Of a stretch of 64,000 nt of DNA, positions 45,400 through 53,557 are shown one piece after another. The translations under genes and the position numbers were made by a program. A model generated the notes under the pieces. The model did not search any database and was not told the DNA's origin. It saw only the letters and a program-made list of their open reading frames with translations. Source of the stretch: Clostridia bacterium (GTDB lineage: Bacteria > Bacillota > Clostridia > Oscillospirales > CAG-272); assembly GCA_017410065.1 (NCBI GenBank), contig JAFQRL010000004.1, positions 5,856 through 69,855 on the forward strand. The letters run 5' to 3'. The first letter of the stretch is position 1. Each line of letters starts with the position of its first letter.

Positions 45400-45761
45400 C
45401 CGACCCTTGGGCGACCTGCGATAAAGCAGGTTTTACCTTCCGAAAAAGAAAAAAGGAGTACGGACGATTTGTTCGTACTCCTTTTCACATACCTTGCTTG
45501 CAAGGTATGGTGTGTTATACTTTGTATTTCGGGTGGTAAATATAAGTGAAATGTTTTGCTGCCGCAAAACGTGAAATAATATGCTGCTCGCATATTGTGA
45601 AATATCTCACTTCGTTCGATGTGAAATGAAATTTGCCCACGTTCGCGGAGCGAACATTTCACATTTGCGAAGCAAATATTTCACCGCGAAGCGATTTCAC
45701 TTGCCCGCAAGGGCAAATTTCGTTGGGCGGCCTGCTTTACAGTAGGTCGCCCAAGGGTCGG
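45400..45761. repeat. 362-bp palindromic element: 31-nt terminal inverted repeats enclosing GTGAAAT/ATTTCAC modules and mini-hairpins
   Basis: Left arm CCGACCCTTGGGCGACCTGCGATAAAGCAGG (45400-45430) against right arm CCTGCTTTACAGTAGGTCGCCCAAGGGTCGG (45731-45761). GTGAAAT at 45546, 45571, 45597 and 45621. ATTTCAC at 45656, 45678 and 45694. Confidence 0.8.
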
Positions 45762-45903
45762 GACAATCGTTTTATATTATATAATATTATTTAATATTAT
45801 TTTATTATTTTTATGTTGCTTATATTAAATATATATGATACAATAGTTGTGCAAGGGAAATGATATCCTTCGTCATTTTTCAAAATTTTCTGCGAGGTGC
45901 AAT

Positions 45904-46341
45904 TTGAACATCGTTATGTGTGTTGGAGACAGCGGCGAGATGCTTTTTAACGGTCGCCGTGTCAGTCGCGACGAGGTCGCCTGCGGCGATATACTGAAGC
46001 AGCTTAAGGGCGAACGGCTTTATATCAAGCCTTATTCACAAAAGCTTTTCGCTCCATTTGAGGGCAATGCAAATCTTCCAACCGTTTGCGAGGACCCACT
46101 CGGGACAGCCTCTGACGGCGAGTGGTGCTTTATTGAGGATGAGGATATTATGCCCTATTTCGATAAGATCGAAAAGCTTCTTATTTATAATTGGAATTTG
46201 AATTACCCTTACGATATGAGATTAGATCTTGACTACGTGAGAGGCAAGCTCAGGCTATCGGAAATGAAAAAGCTGGTTGGCAAGGCTCACGATAAGATCA
46301 CCCGCGAGCTATACAGAAAGGATTACAGGAGTAAAATTTGA
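45904..46341 (+). CDS. small cytoplasmic hypothetical protein, translationally coupled to the downstream nuclease
   Basis: Likely TTG start at 45904 behind GAGGTG (ORF track gives 45847). The stop TGA overlaps the ATG of the next gene (TGATG). No signal peptide. Confidence 0.5.
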   Translation: MNIVMCVGDSGEMLFNGRRVSRDEVACGDILKQLKGERLYIKPYSQKLFAPFEGNANLPTVCEDPLGTASDGEWCFIEDEDIMPYFDKIEKLLIYNWNLNYPYDMRLDLDYVRGKLRLSEMKKLVGKAHDKITRELYRKDYRSKI

Positions 46342-47273
46342 TGAAAAGAACGAGTGCATTTTTAAGATTATCTGCTTTGGCCGTTTGTCTTATTTTGATA
46401 ATCAGCCAGCTTGGCTCCTGCTTTGAGCCTGAAAAGCCCAGTGCGGGCAACGGTCCGAGTGTGGACGAGGGTGAGCTCCCCGACCATTCGGGCGGTGCGG
46501 CATACGTTGCCGTAAACGGTAATATCCCTTATTTTGAGGCTGACGATATCGTTTATGAGTCCTACGAATATTATTCCGAGCTTGACGGTCTTGGCAGATG
46601 CGGCGTTGCGGTTGCCTGCATAGGCACAGACATTATGCCAACCGAGGACAGAGAGGGCTCGCTCACGGTTACTCCCTCGGGTTGGGAATACAAGGGCAAA
46701 TCAAACAATAATACATATTCCTTTGTGGACGGCGGCTTCATATATAACCGCTGCCATCTCATCGGCTATCAGCTAACAGGCGAAAATTCCAATGAGAAAA
46801 ACCTTATAACAGGAACAAGATATCTTAATATGAAGGGTATGCTTCCCTTTGAAAATCTGGTTAAGGCGTTTGTTGTTGACACCGAGATGCACGTTATGTA
46901 TCGCGTTACTCCCATATTTGAGGGCAACGATTACGTGGCGAAGGGCGTGCTGATGGAGGGCTATTCGGTTGAGGACGACGGCGAGGGCATCTGCTTCTGC
47001 ATTTTTGCATACAACATTCAGCCCGGCGTTATCATCGATTATTACACAGGCGAGAACAAGGCTGACCCCGAATACAACGAGGGCTCCGAGGAGACTGTGA
47101 GCGCGGTTTACGTGCTTAATATTTCCACAAAGAAATACCATCTTCCCACCTGCACCTATGCAAAGTCTATGAGCTCCGACAACCGCTTCAATTACACAGG
47201 CGAGCCTGAGGATTTTAAAACTCTTTATCCCGATTATTTACCCTGCGGATCCTGCAATCCCGATCAAAAATAA
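46341..47273 (+). CDS. secreted lipoprotein DNA/RNA non-specific endonuclease (EndA / DNA-entry nuclease family) with a C-terminal Cys-rich Ada-like metal-binding module
   Basis: Signal peptide with LGSC lipobox. Nuclease core YNRCHLIGYQLTGENSNEKNLITGTRYLN. C-terminal KKYHLPTCTY...YLPCGSCNP. Confidence 0.75.
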   Translation: MKRTSAFLRLSALAVCLILIISQLGSCFEPEKPSAGNGPSVDEGELPDHSGGAAYVAVNGNIPYFEADDIVYESYEYYSELDGLGRCGVAVACIGTDIMPTEDREGSLTVTPSGWEYKGKSNNNTYSFVDGGFIYNRCHLIGYQLTGENSNEKNLITGTRYLNMKGMLPFENLVKAFVVDTEMHVMYRVTPIFEGNDYVAKGVLMEGYSVEDDGEGICFCIFAYNIQPGVIIDYYTGENKADPEYNEGSEETVSAVYVLNISTKKYHLPTCTYAKSMSSDNRFNYTGEPEDFKTLYPDYLPCGSCNPDQK

Positions 47274-47292
47274 TAAATAATTTTGGAGAATA

Positions 47293-49413
47293 ATGATGAT
47301 TAAAAGATTATCCTTCGTCAAATTCCTGATCTTGAGCCTTGTGCTTGCGATTGCCCTCAGCTTCTGCGCCTGCACGCCTCAAGGCGGCGGCGAGACCGAC
47401 GGTGCGAGCGACCTTCCCGCTATTTCTTATTTCAGGATAAGCGGCCCCTCCGAGCTTGAGCTTGAGCTTGGGGACGAGCATCAGCTTGTTATAGACCACC
47501 CCGCCGAGGTCCTCTCTCACGTTGCTTGGTCGGTTGAGGGCAGCTCGGTTACCGTTTCGGGCGGCAAGCTTTCTGCGGTCGCGCTCGGCGAATCGACTGT
47601 CACGGCGACCTATGGCGCGCTCTCGGACAGCGTGAAGGTGACTGTTGTTGAGGAGGGCTCGGGCGATACTCCCGACACTCCCGATACTCCCGATACTCCC
47701 GACGCGGGCTTTGCTATCAGCAACATTCTGAACGGAACGGACGGCGAAAGCTACACCGTGCGCGGAACGGTCGTTGCATACAACGCGCAAAGCTTCCTTA
47801 TCAATGATTCCACAGACTCCGTGCTCGTTTATATGGGCTACACCTGGTCGCCCGACGTTAAGCTTGGCGACTTTATTGAGGTCAGCGGTGCACGTGCGGT
47901 ATACGGCTCGGCAGTTCAGTTTGCACAGGGGTCGACATACAAAAAGCTTGATAGCGCAAGCTACTCCAAGCCCACTCCCGCAGAGCCCTCTGTGGCAGAG
48001 CTGAACGCATATTCCTCGGCGGCGAGCGTTAAGCCGAGCTTCGTTAAGCTCACGGGCGTGCTCTCTATTTCCTCTGACGGAAAGTATTATAACTTCAATA
48101 TTCCCGGTGCCACCATCGTTGGCAGCCTTACCTACCCCATCTCCTCCGACGTTATTCTTCTTAAGAATATGGACGGCTCCACCCTTGAGGTCGAGGGCTG
48201 GATCACAGGCGTTACAGGCGGAGGTAAATATCTCAGCATTATAACCACAAGCATCACCGAGATCGAATCGGGCTCCTCGGGCGGAGACGAGGGCGGCTCG
48301 GGCAGCAGCTCATCGGGTATCGTTATCGGCGGCGAGGAGATCCCCTCATATTCGGGTAACGGCTACTACGTTGTGAACGGCAACAACCCCTTCTTCTCGG
48401 AGACAGACAAGGCGTTCACAGGCTATCAGTATTCAGCACTTGACAGCAGAGGCCGAGCAACGGGTGCTTTTGCAAGGCTTACCACAAGCCTTCTTCCCAC
48501 AGGCGAGAGAGACGATATCTCCTCTATGAGACCCTCGGGCTGGAAGCAGGCTTATTACACCTCCATAGGTCTTGATCACCTCTACGACCGCTCTCACCTT
48601 CTCGCTCATATGTTTATGGACGACGACTTGCATATCGAAAACTTCGTCACAGGAACGGTTTATATGAACCAGCAGAATATGACGACCTTTGAGAATATGG
48701 TGTGCGGCGTTGTTAAGAGCGGCTCGGACGTGCTTTACAGAGTTACTCCCATTTACATCGAAAGCAACCTTGTGTGCAGCGGTCTGCTTATTGAGGCATA
48801 CTCAATTGAGGATGGCGGCGACGATATTTGCTTCTGCGTATTCCTTTATAACGTTCAGCCCGGTGTTGATATCGATTATGCAACAGGCTCAAGCTCGCTT
48901 GCAAGCACGGGCAGCGGCTCGGGTAGCGGCTCGGGCAGCACCGATACTCCCTCCACTCCCAACCCGGGTGACGCCGTGAGTGGAGACGTTGTTTTCAACC
49001 TTGGCGCAAACGGCTCTGCCGAGCACGCGGACGGTGCCTCAAAGACCACCGCCACCTTTACCGAGGGCGAGCATTCCCTTAACATTACGGACGGCACTCA
49101 ATTCTACACAGGTGCCTTTGATGCAAAGGGCAATTCCTGCATCAAGCTTGGAGCGACCAGCAAGGTCGGAAGCTTCAGCTTCACCGTTGGCGCAGATGTC
49201 TCAAAGGTATACATCAAGGTTGCGGGCTACAAGGCAAACACAGGTATTCTGGGCGTCAACGGAGTCTCTCACAATATATCAACAAAGTCTAACGACGGCG
49301 CGTATACGGTGATCGAGGTCGACACCTCGTCGAGCAAGACTGTAAACGTCAGCACCCAAAGCGGCGGTTACAGAGTTATGATAGACTCAATTGAGCTTGT
49401 CGTTAATAAATAA
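47293..49413 (+). CDS. large secreted lipoprotein nuclease: Ig-like (Big_2-type) domain, two OB-fold-like segments, EndA-family nuclease domain and a C-terminal domain of unknown function
   Basis: Lipobox ALSFCAC. Big_2-like ELGDEHQLVI...TVTATYGALSDSVKVTV. PDTPDTPDTPD linker. Nuclease core YDRSHLLAHMFMDDDLHIENFVTGTVYMN. GSGSGSGSGS linker. Confidence 0.7.
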   Translation: MMIKRLSFVKFLILSLVLAIALSFCACTPQGGGETDGASDLPAISYFRISGPSELELELGDEHQLVIDHPAEVLSHVAWSVEGSSVTVSGGKLSAVALGESTVTATYGALSDSVKVTVVEEGSGDTPDTPDTPDTPDAGFAISNILNGTDGESYTVRGTVVAYNAQSFLINDSTDSVLVYMGYTWSPDVKLGDFIEVSGARAVYGSAVQFAQGSTYKKLDSASYSKPTPAEPSVAELNAYSSAASVKPSFVKLTGVLSISSDGKYYNFNIPGATIVGSLTYPISSDVILLKNMDGSTLEVEGWITGVTGGGKYLSIITTSITEIESGSSGGDEGGSGSSSSGIVIGGEEIPSYSGNGYYVVNGNNPFFSETDKAFTGYQYSALDSRGRATGAFARLTTSLLPTGERDDISSMRPSGWKQAYYTSIGLDHLYDRSHLLAHMFMDDDLHIENFVTGTVYMNQQNMTTFENMVCGVVKSGSDVLYRVTPIYIESNLVCSGLLIEAYSIEDGGDDICFCVFLYNVQPGVDIDYATGSSSLASTGSGSGSGSGSTDTPSTPNPGDAVSGDVVFNLGANGSAEHADGASKTTATFTEGEHSLNITDGTQFYTGAFDAKGNSCIKLGATSKVGSFSFTVGADVSKVYIKVAGYKANTGILGVNGVSHNISTKSNDGAYTVIEVDTSSSKTVNVSTQSGGYRVMIDSIELVVNK

Positions 49414-49414
49414 A

Positions 49415-50413
49415 ATGACATTTCAGGATAAAATCAAGCTGAACAGGTTTTTCGAAACCGTATCAGACAATTACCGTATCACAAGAATTTACGCCGAATA
49501 TCTTGAAAGATATCCCGAGCTTATCAAGGCGGAGATGGTAGATGCCCTCACCGAGGACGGAGACATTAGCCGTGAGGAGGCTATCGTGGCTCTGCTTTCG
49601 GAGGCATTCGCTCTTGACTTTTCAAAAGCCGAGGACAGGCGGCTGATAATGAATTATCTCACCCCCTCCGTGAGGATGCTGGATCCGCAAAAATATATAA
49701 ACAACCCCTATTATAAAAATATCAGGATCGAAAATATCCGTCGGGGCGGCTGGGAGCTGAAAAACGAATGTTACCCTGCATACAGAGGCGTTATCGCCGC
49801 TGATATGATCCTTGCCGAGGATCATAAGGAGATCCCCCCTCTCGGATTTTTCGCCGAGGATTTTCACTTCCCCGCCGTGCTTGAGGGCGGCAACGAATGG
49901 ATGACCCTAACCCCCGTGGATCTCGATACCTGCGAGGACGCTATCAAGGCGGCTCACGGAAAGGTCGTGACCTACGGTCTCGGGCTTGGATACTATGCTT
50001 ATATGGTGTCTATGAAGGAGGAGGTCAGGAGCATTACCGTTGTGGAAAGATCGGAGGAAGTAATTAAGCTCTTTAGCGACTATATCCTTCCCCAGTTCAA
50101 AAAAAAGGACAAGGTGAGGGTCGTTTGCGCGGATGCCTTTGATTACGCCGAGCGAGTCTCCCCGAAGGAGGGCTTTGATCTCGCTTTCGTTGATACCTGG
50201 CGCGATGCCTCGGACGGCGAGCCGATGTATAGGCGAATGAAGCCTCTTGAGAAGCTTTCGCCCAATACGAAATTTATGTATTGGATAGAGAATTTCCTTA
50301 TATCAAGGTCTCGCGCCTTGAAGCTTGATAAGCTTCGAGAAAAGCTTGATGGCGGTGCAGATGATGCTCCGTGCTCCTTCGATGAATTTATCAGCGAATA
50401 CAAGAAAATATAG
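49415..50413 (+). CDS. class I SAM-dependent methyltransferase / spermidine-synthase-like fold protein
   Basis: VVTYGLGLGYYAYM (GxGxG), VVERSEEV acidic loop, CADAFDY, DLAFVDTW. The start is set at MTFQDK (ATG 49415), 1 nt after the upstream stop. Confidence 0.5.
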   Translation: MTFQDKIKLNRFFETVSDNYRITRIYAEYLERYPELIKAEMVDALTEDGDISREEAIVALLSEAFALDFSKAEDRRLIMNYLTPSVRMLDPQKYINNPYYKNIRIENIRRGGWELKNECYPAYRGVIAADMILAEDHKEIPPLGFFAEDFHFPAVLEGGNEWMTLTPVDLDTCEDAIKAAHGKVVTYGLGLGYYAYMVSMKEEVRSITVVERSEEVIKLFSDYILPQFKKKDKVRVVCADAFDYAERVSPKEGFDLAFVDTWRDASDGEPMYRRMKPLEKLSPNTKFMYWIENFLISRSRALKLDKLREKLDGGADDAPCSFDEFISEYKKI

Positions 50414-50414
50414 C

Positions 50415-50466
50415 AAAAACCGAGCAAAATGCAAAGAGTTGTGTGCATTTTGCTCGGTTTTCTTTT
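50415..50466. terminator. bidirectional intrinsic terminator (14-bp stem CCGAGCAAAATGCA / TGCATTTTGCTCGG)
   Basis: An A-run precedes the stem and TTTTCTTTT follows it. Confidence 0.85.
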
Positions 50467-50560
50467 GGCGCGAAGAAATTTATTTCCTTCTTTTTTCATT
50501 CACTTTTTATTATATTCGGATCAATATTTATTATTATTCATAGTTATTTGATGCTGCTTT

Positions 50561-51364
50561 TCAGGATACCTTTGAAATTGCGATGCTCTTATATCTCGGC
50601 GTTATGCTCTCTGTGATATGGGTGCCGATGATGCGGTCTATGGCTGAGATGACGGCGAAGGATGCCGCACCGATAAGGCAAACCAGCATATCAAGGAGAG
50701 TGTCGAAAACACCGAGGTCAAGATATCCGCCCTCGACCGTGTAGGTCTCGCCGCCGTTATAGACGATAACGGTTTTATCGATATTGGGAATATTAAGAGG
50801 CTTCTCGTGGCTGCCTGCAAGATAATAGGAATTTATTTCCTTAACAATTCCGTCCTCCTGCATATCTCCTCTCATTGCCACCGTGAGGAGCCATTCAAAC
50901 ATTTCCCAAAGCACGGCGATCGCAAGGGAGAAGCTGATGGCAAAGAGCACCGCCGCAAGTCCCGAGCCGCCGCGGGATATAAGTATTCTTTCCATTATTG
51001 AGTAGCCGAGGCAGGCAAAGATCAGCCCCGAGACTGCGTGGAGCAGAGTGTCAAACCAAGGGAAGATCATATAAAGGTCGTAGCAGGTGCCGAGTATGCC
51101 GCCGATGGGGACAAAGAACAGGACTACGAGAAACAGCGCGCTGCAACGCATATCAAGCGCGTATTCAAAAAGAGGAAGCATAATAACGAACAGGGCGAAA
51201 TATGCGATAGGAAGAAAGCCGTCGCGCACCCTTCCCGAGGCAAAAAAGAGTACCGCGGAAAACAGGGTGAATATAAGATACAGGGCGAAAAATACTATAC
51301 GGAAGCCGCCCCTTGAATAGCAACTTCCGAAATATGAGACAAAACCCTTGATGCTTTTTTTCAT
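50561..51364 (-). CDS. integral membrane protein, function unknown
   Basis: 267 aa with about 6-7 hydrophobic helices. No motif recognised. Confidence 0.55.
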   Translation of the reverse strand: MKKSIKGFVSYFGSCYSRGGFRIVFFALYLIFTLFSAVLFFASGRVRDGFLPIAYFALFVIMLPLFEYALDMRCSALFLVVLFFVPIGGILGTCYDLYMIFPWFDTLLHAVSGLIFACLGYSIMERILISRGGSGLAAVLFAISFSLAIAVLWEMFEWLLTVAMRGDMQEDGIVKEINSYYLAGSHEKPLNIPNIDKTVIVYNGGETYTVEGGYLDLGVFDTLLDMLVCLIGAASFAVISAIDRIIGTHITESITPRYKSIAISKVS

Positions 51365-51548
51365 TTTCTTTTCTCCAAAAACAAATTTACCTTTAATATT
51401 CTATCACCGAGAATTAGAAAAATATAGCGAAATTTGTTAACGCAAAATCAAAAATACTTGATTATTTGCTTCTATATTAAAAAAAAGACCTTGAACTTTT
51501 TCTTCATTTGATATAAAATAGATTTAGCTTTACTTTGGAGGTGCTATT

Positions 51549-53264
51549 ATGAAAGCCAATGTCGAGAAAATTTTTGCGACCTACAAGAAGATATCAAAGC
51601 GCGAGCAGTCCAGGATCACCACGTCCCAGCTGAACGTGCTATACAACATATATAAGCGCGCCGAGCGCGATGAGGAGTATGCCGCACAGCTTAAGGCATA
51701 CAACACAGGGCTTGGAGACGATATCCTCAGTCTTATAGATAAATTCTTTGATGCGTATAACACAAGGTACGGTCTCGATATAAGAGATTCGCTTATCGTT
51801 TTTGACGACCCCGAATTCACCGAGGGCTCCTACTTCCTTCTCACCACCTACGCAAAGGGCGAGGGGGGCTCGCTTGAGGAAAGGTCTCCCCTTGAATTCA
51901 AGGTTGGCGAGGTAGCGCACGTTAAGGCTACCCTATACAGCCATTCCACGGATAAGCCTATGAGCTCATATTGCCTTGTAATGTCACTTATCAACGACTG
52001 CGGCGGCACAGACGAGCTTACCGTCTACGATGCCGACACTATCGAATTTGATGCAACGCTTCAGAGAGCGGGTGCTGTGAGATTCAATATTGAGCCGAGA
52101 GACGAGGACGGCAAGGTGAAGGTCGGCGCGGAGATCGCCTGCGGCGGTATTCTGTTTTCCAAGGACGAGATACTTCCCTTCCATAGCTCCCCCGAGGACT
52201 TTGACGATTTCTGGCGCGAGCTGATCAGAGGGCTTATGAGGGTCGACCCCAAGAGCACCGAGCCCGACGGCTACGAGGGAGACGTTGTTTCCGAATTCGA
52301 TATGCCGAAAAAGAATTTCTTCGGGCTCAGAAAATTCGACGTGGATTACCTTGACAGCTTTGCAAGGGCGGGATACGCCGAGCAGGATAAGTCCACTCTT
52401 GAGACTCACGATTCATACGAGGTATACCTTAAGGCTCCCGGCCCCTGCCACGCAAGCGGCTTCCTTTCCATACCCAAGAACGCAAAGAAAAAGAGTCTGC
52501 CTCTCACGCTTACCTTCGACGGTTACAGTGCTTATGCTCCGATGCCCGTTTATTCAAGTAATGAGATCAGAATGCACAGCACCCACCACGGCTACGAGAT
52601 GGCAAAGCCGAGAGAGGGCTATTATCTTAAGCTGAGCCGCGGCGGTATTCTTGCAAATTACGGCAGAGCCAGCGGAGACGTGAACTCGGGCTATGCAAAT
52701 ATCAGAGACTGCTATATGACCTATCTCCATCTTCGCAATTTGCAGATGCTGAGATTTGCCACCGACCCCGCACTCTCGGGCGATATTCCCCTTCTTCACG
52801 AATATTGGAACGGCGAGATCAAGCTTATCGGCGGCAGTATGGGCGGCTATCAGGCATCCTTTACGGCGGCACTTGCCACCCTGCTTCTTGAGGTCTCGGC
52901 ACCATTTAAGATCATTTACGTTGGCGCAAGCGTTCCCGCCTTCTGCAATCTTGCAGGCAGACTTGACGGTAGGATCGCCACAAGGCTCACGATGTATGAG
53001 GACGGAATGGATTATTTCGATCCCGCTATGGCGGCACATCTTGTGAACTGCCCCTTTGAGGTGCAAAGAGCGGCTCTCGGCGACGAATCCTGCCCCGCCA
53101 CCCATATAACGGCATTCTTCAATTCCCTTCCCAAGCATATCCCCAAAAAGATCAAATATCTCCAGAATTCCTCTCACGGATATATTCCCGACGAATATAT
53201 TCAGGATTGGCATTGCTATAAATACAATATGGACAGCAAGGATTTTTGCGAGATGGTGTTCTGA
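51549..53264 (+). CDS. acetylxylan-esterase / cephalosporin-C-deacetylase-like alpha/beta hydrolase with an N-terminal extension
   Basis: Nucleophile elbow GGSMGGYQA and the C-terminal SSHGY region are typical of the AXE1 family. The roughly 200-aa N-terminal part is unassigned. Confidence 0.55.
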   Translation: MKANVEKIFATYKKISKREQSRITTSQLNVLYNIYKRAERDEEYAAQLKAYNTGLGDDILSLIDKFFDAYNTRYGLDIRDSLIVFDDPEFTEGSYFLLTTYAKGEGGSLEERSPLEFKVGEVAHVKATLYSHSTDKPMSSYCLVMSLINDCGGTDELTVYDADTIEFDATLQRAGAVRFNIEPRDEDGKVKVGAEIACGGILFSKDEILPFHSSPEDFDDFWRELIRGLMRVDPKSTEPDGYEGDVVSEFDMPKKNFFGLRKFDVDYLDSFARAGYAEQDKSTLETHDSYEVYLKAPGPCHASGFLSIPKNAKKKSLPLTLTFDGYSAYAPMPVYSSNEIRMHSTHHGYEMAKPREGYYLKLSRGGILANYGRASGDVNSGYANIRDCYMTYLHLRNLQMLRFATDPALSGDIPLLHEYWNGEIKLIGGSMGGYQASFTAALATLLLEVSAPFKIIYVGASVPAFCNLAGRLDGRIATRLTMYEDGMDYFDPAMAAHLVNCPFEVQRAALGDESCPATHITAFFNSLPKHIPKKIKYLQNSSHGYIPDEYIQDWHCYKYNMDSKDFCEMVF

Positions 53265-53310
53265 CGTATCCCGGAGAGATTTGAGAAAAAGCAAAAATTA
53301 AAAGTTAATA

Positions 53311-53356
53311 AAAAACCCGACCTGTGGGATTATCCGTGCAGGTCGGTTTGATTATT
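53311..53356. terminator. bidirectional intrinsic terminator (CCGACCTG ... CAGGTCGG)
   Basis: AAAAAACCCGACCTG-loop-CAGGTCGGTTTGATTATTATTTTT, between convergent genes. Confidence 0.75.
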
Positions 53357-53458
53357 ATTTTTCGCCATTTTCCGAGAGGTGAAGCCTTTTGGATGTGGGG
53401 GAGCTATACGTCGGAATACAGGCTTTTCACGAGTGCTTTTGGGATAGCCGAAGGCGCG

Positions 53459-53545
53459 AGGTGAGCCCACCGCGTCTTTTGCAGAGGTGAGCCCGCCGCG
53501 TCTTTTGCAGAGGTGAGCCCGCCGCGTCTTTTGCAGAGGTGGCAT
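53459..53545. repeat. 26-bp tandem repeat, 3.3 copies (AGGTGAGCCCGCCGCGTCTTTTGCAG)
   Basis: Units start at 53459, 53485 and 53511, with a partial unit at 53537. The array ends 13 nt from the mgtE stop codon. Confidence 0.9.
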
Positions 53546-53557
53546 CTCGGGCGGCTA

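Noticed and set aside
45387-45662. 91-aa minus-strand ORF across the GTGAAAT array.
   Set aside because: The reading frame is generated by the repeat modules themselves, has no RBS and spans hairpin-dense palindromic DNA. It is better explained as non-coding.
45546-45722. Regularly spaced 7-mers with about 25-bp spacing could suggest a mini CRISPR array.
   Set aside because: The repeat unit is only 7 nt, orientation flips halfway, the spacers are themselves hairpins, and there are no cas genes in the window.
53330-53545. 71-aa ORF downstream of mgtE.
   Set aside because: It is produced by the 26-bp tandem repeat and a terminator region and has no RBS.
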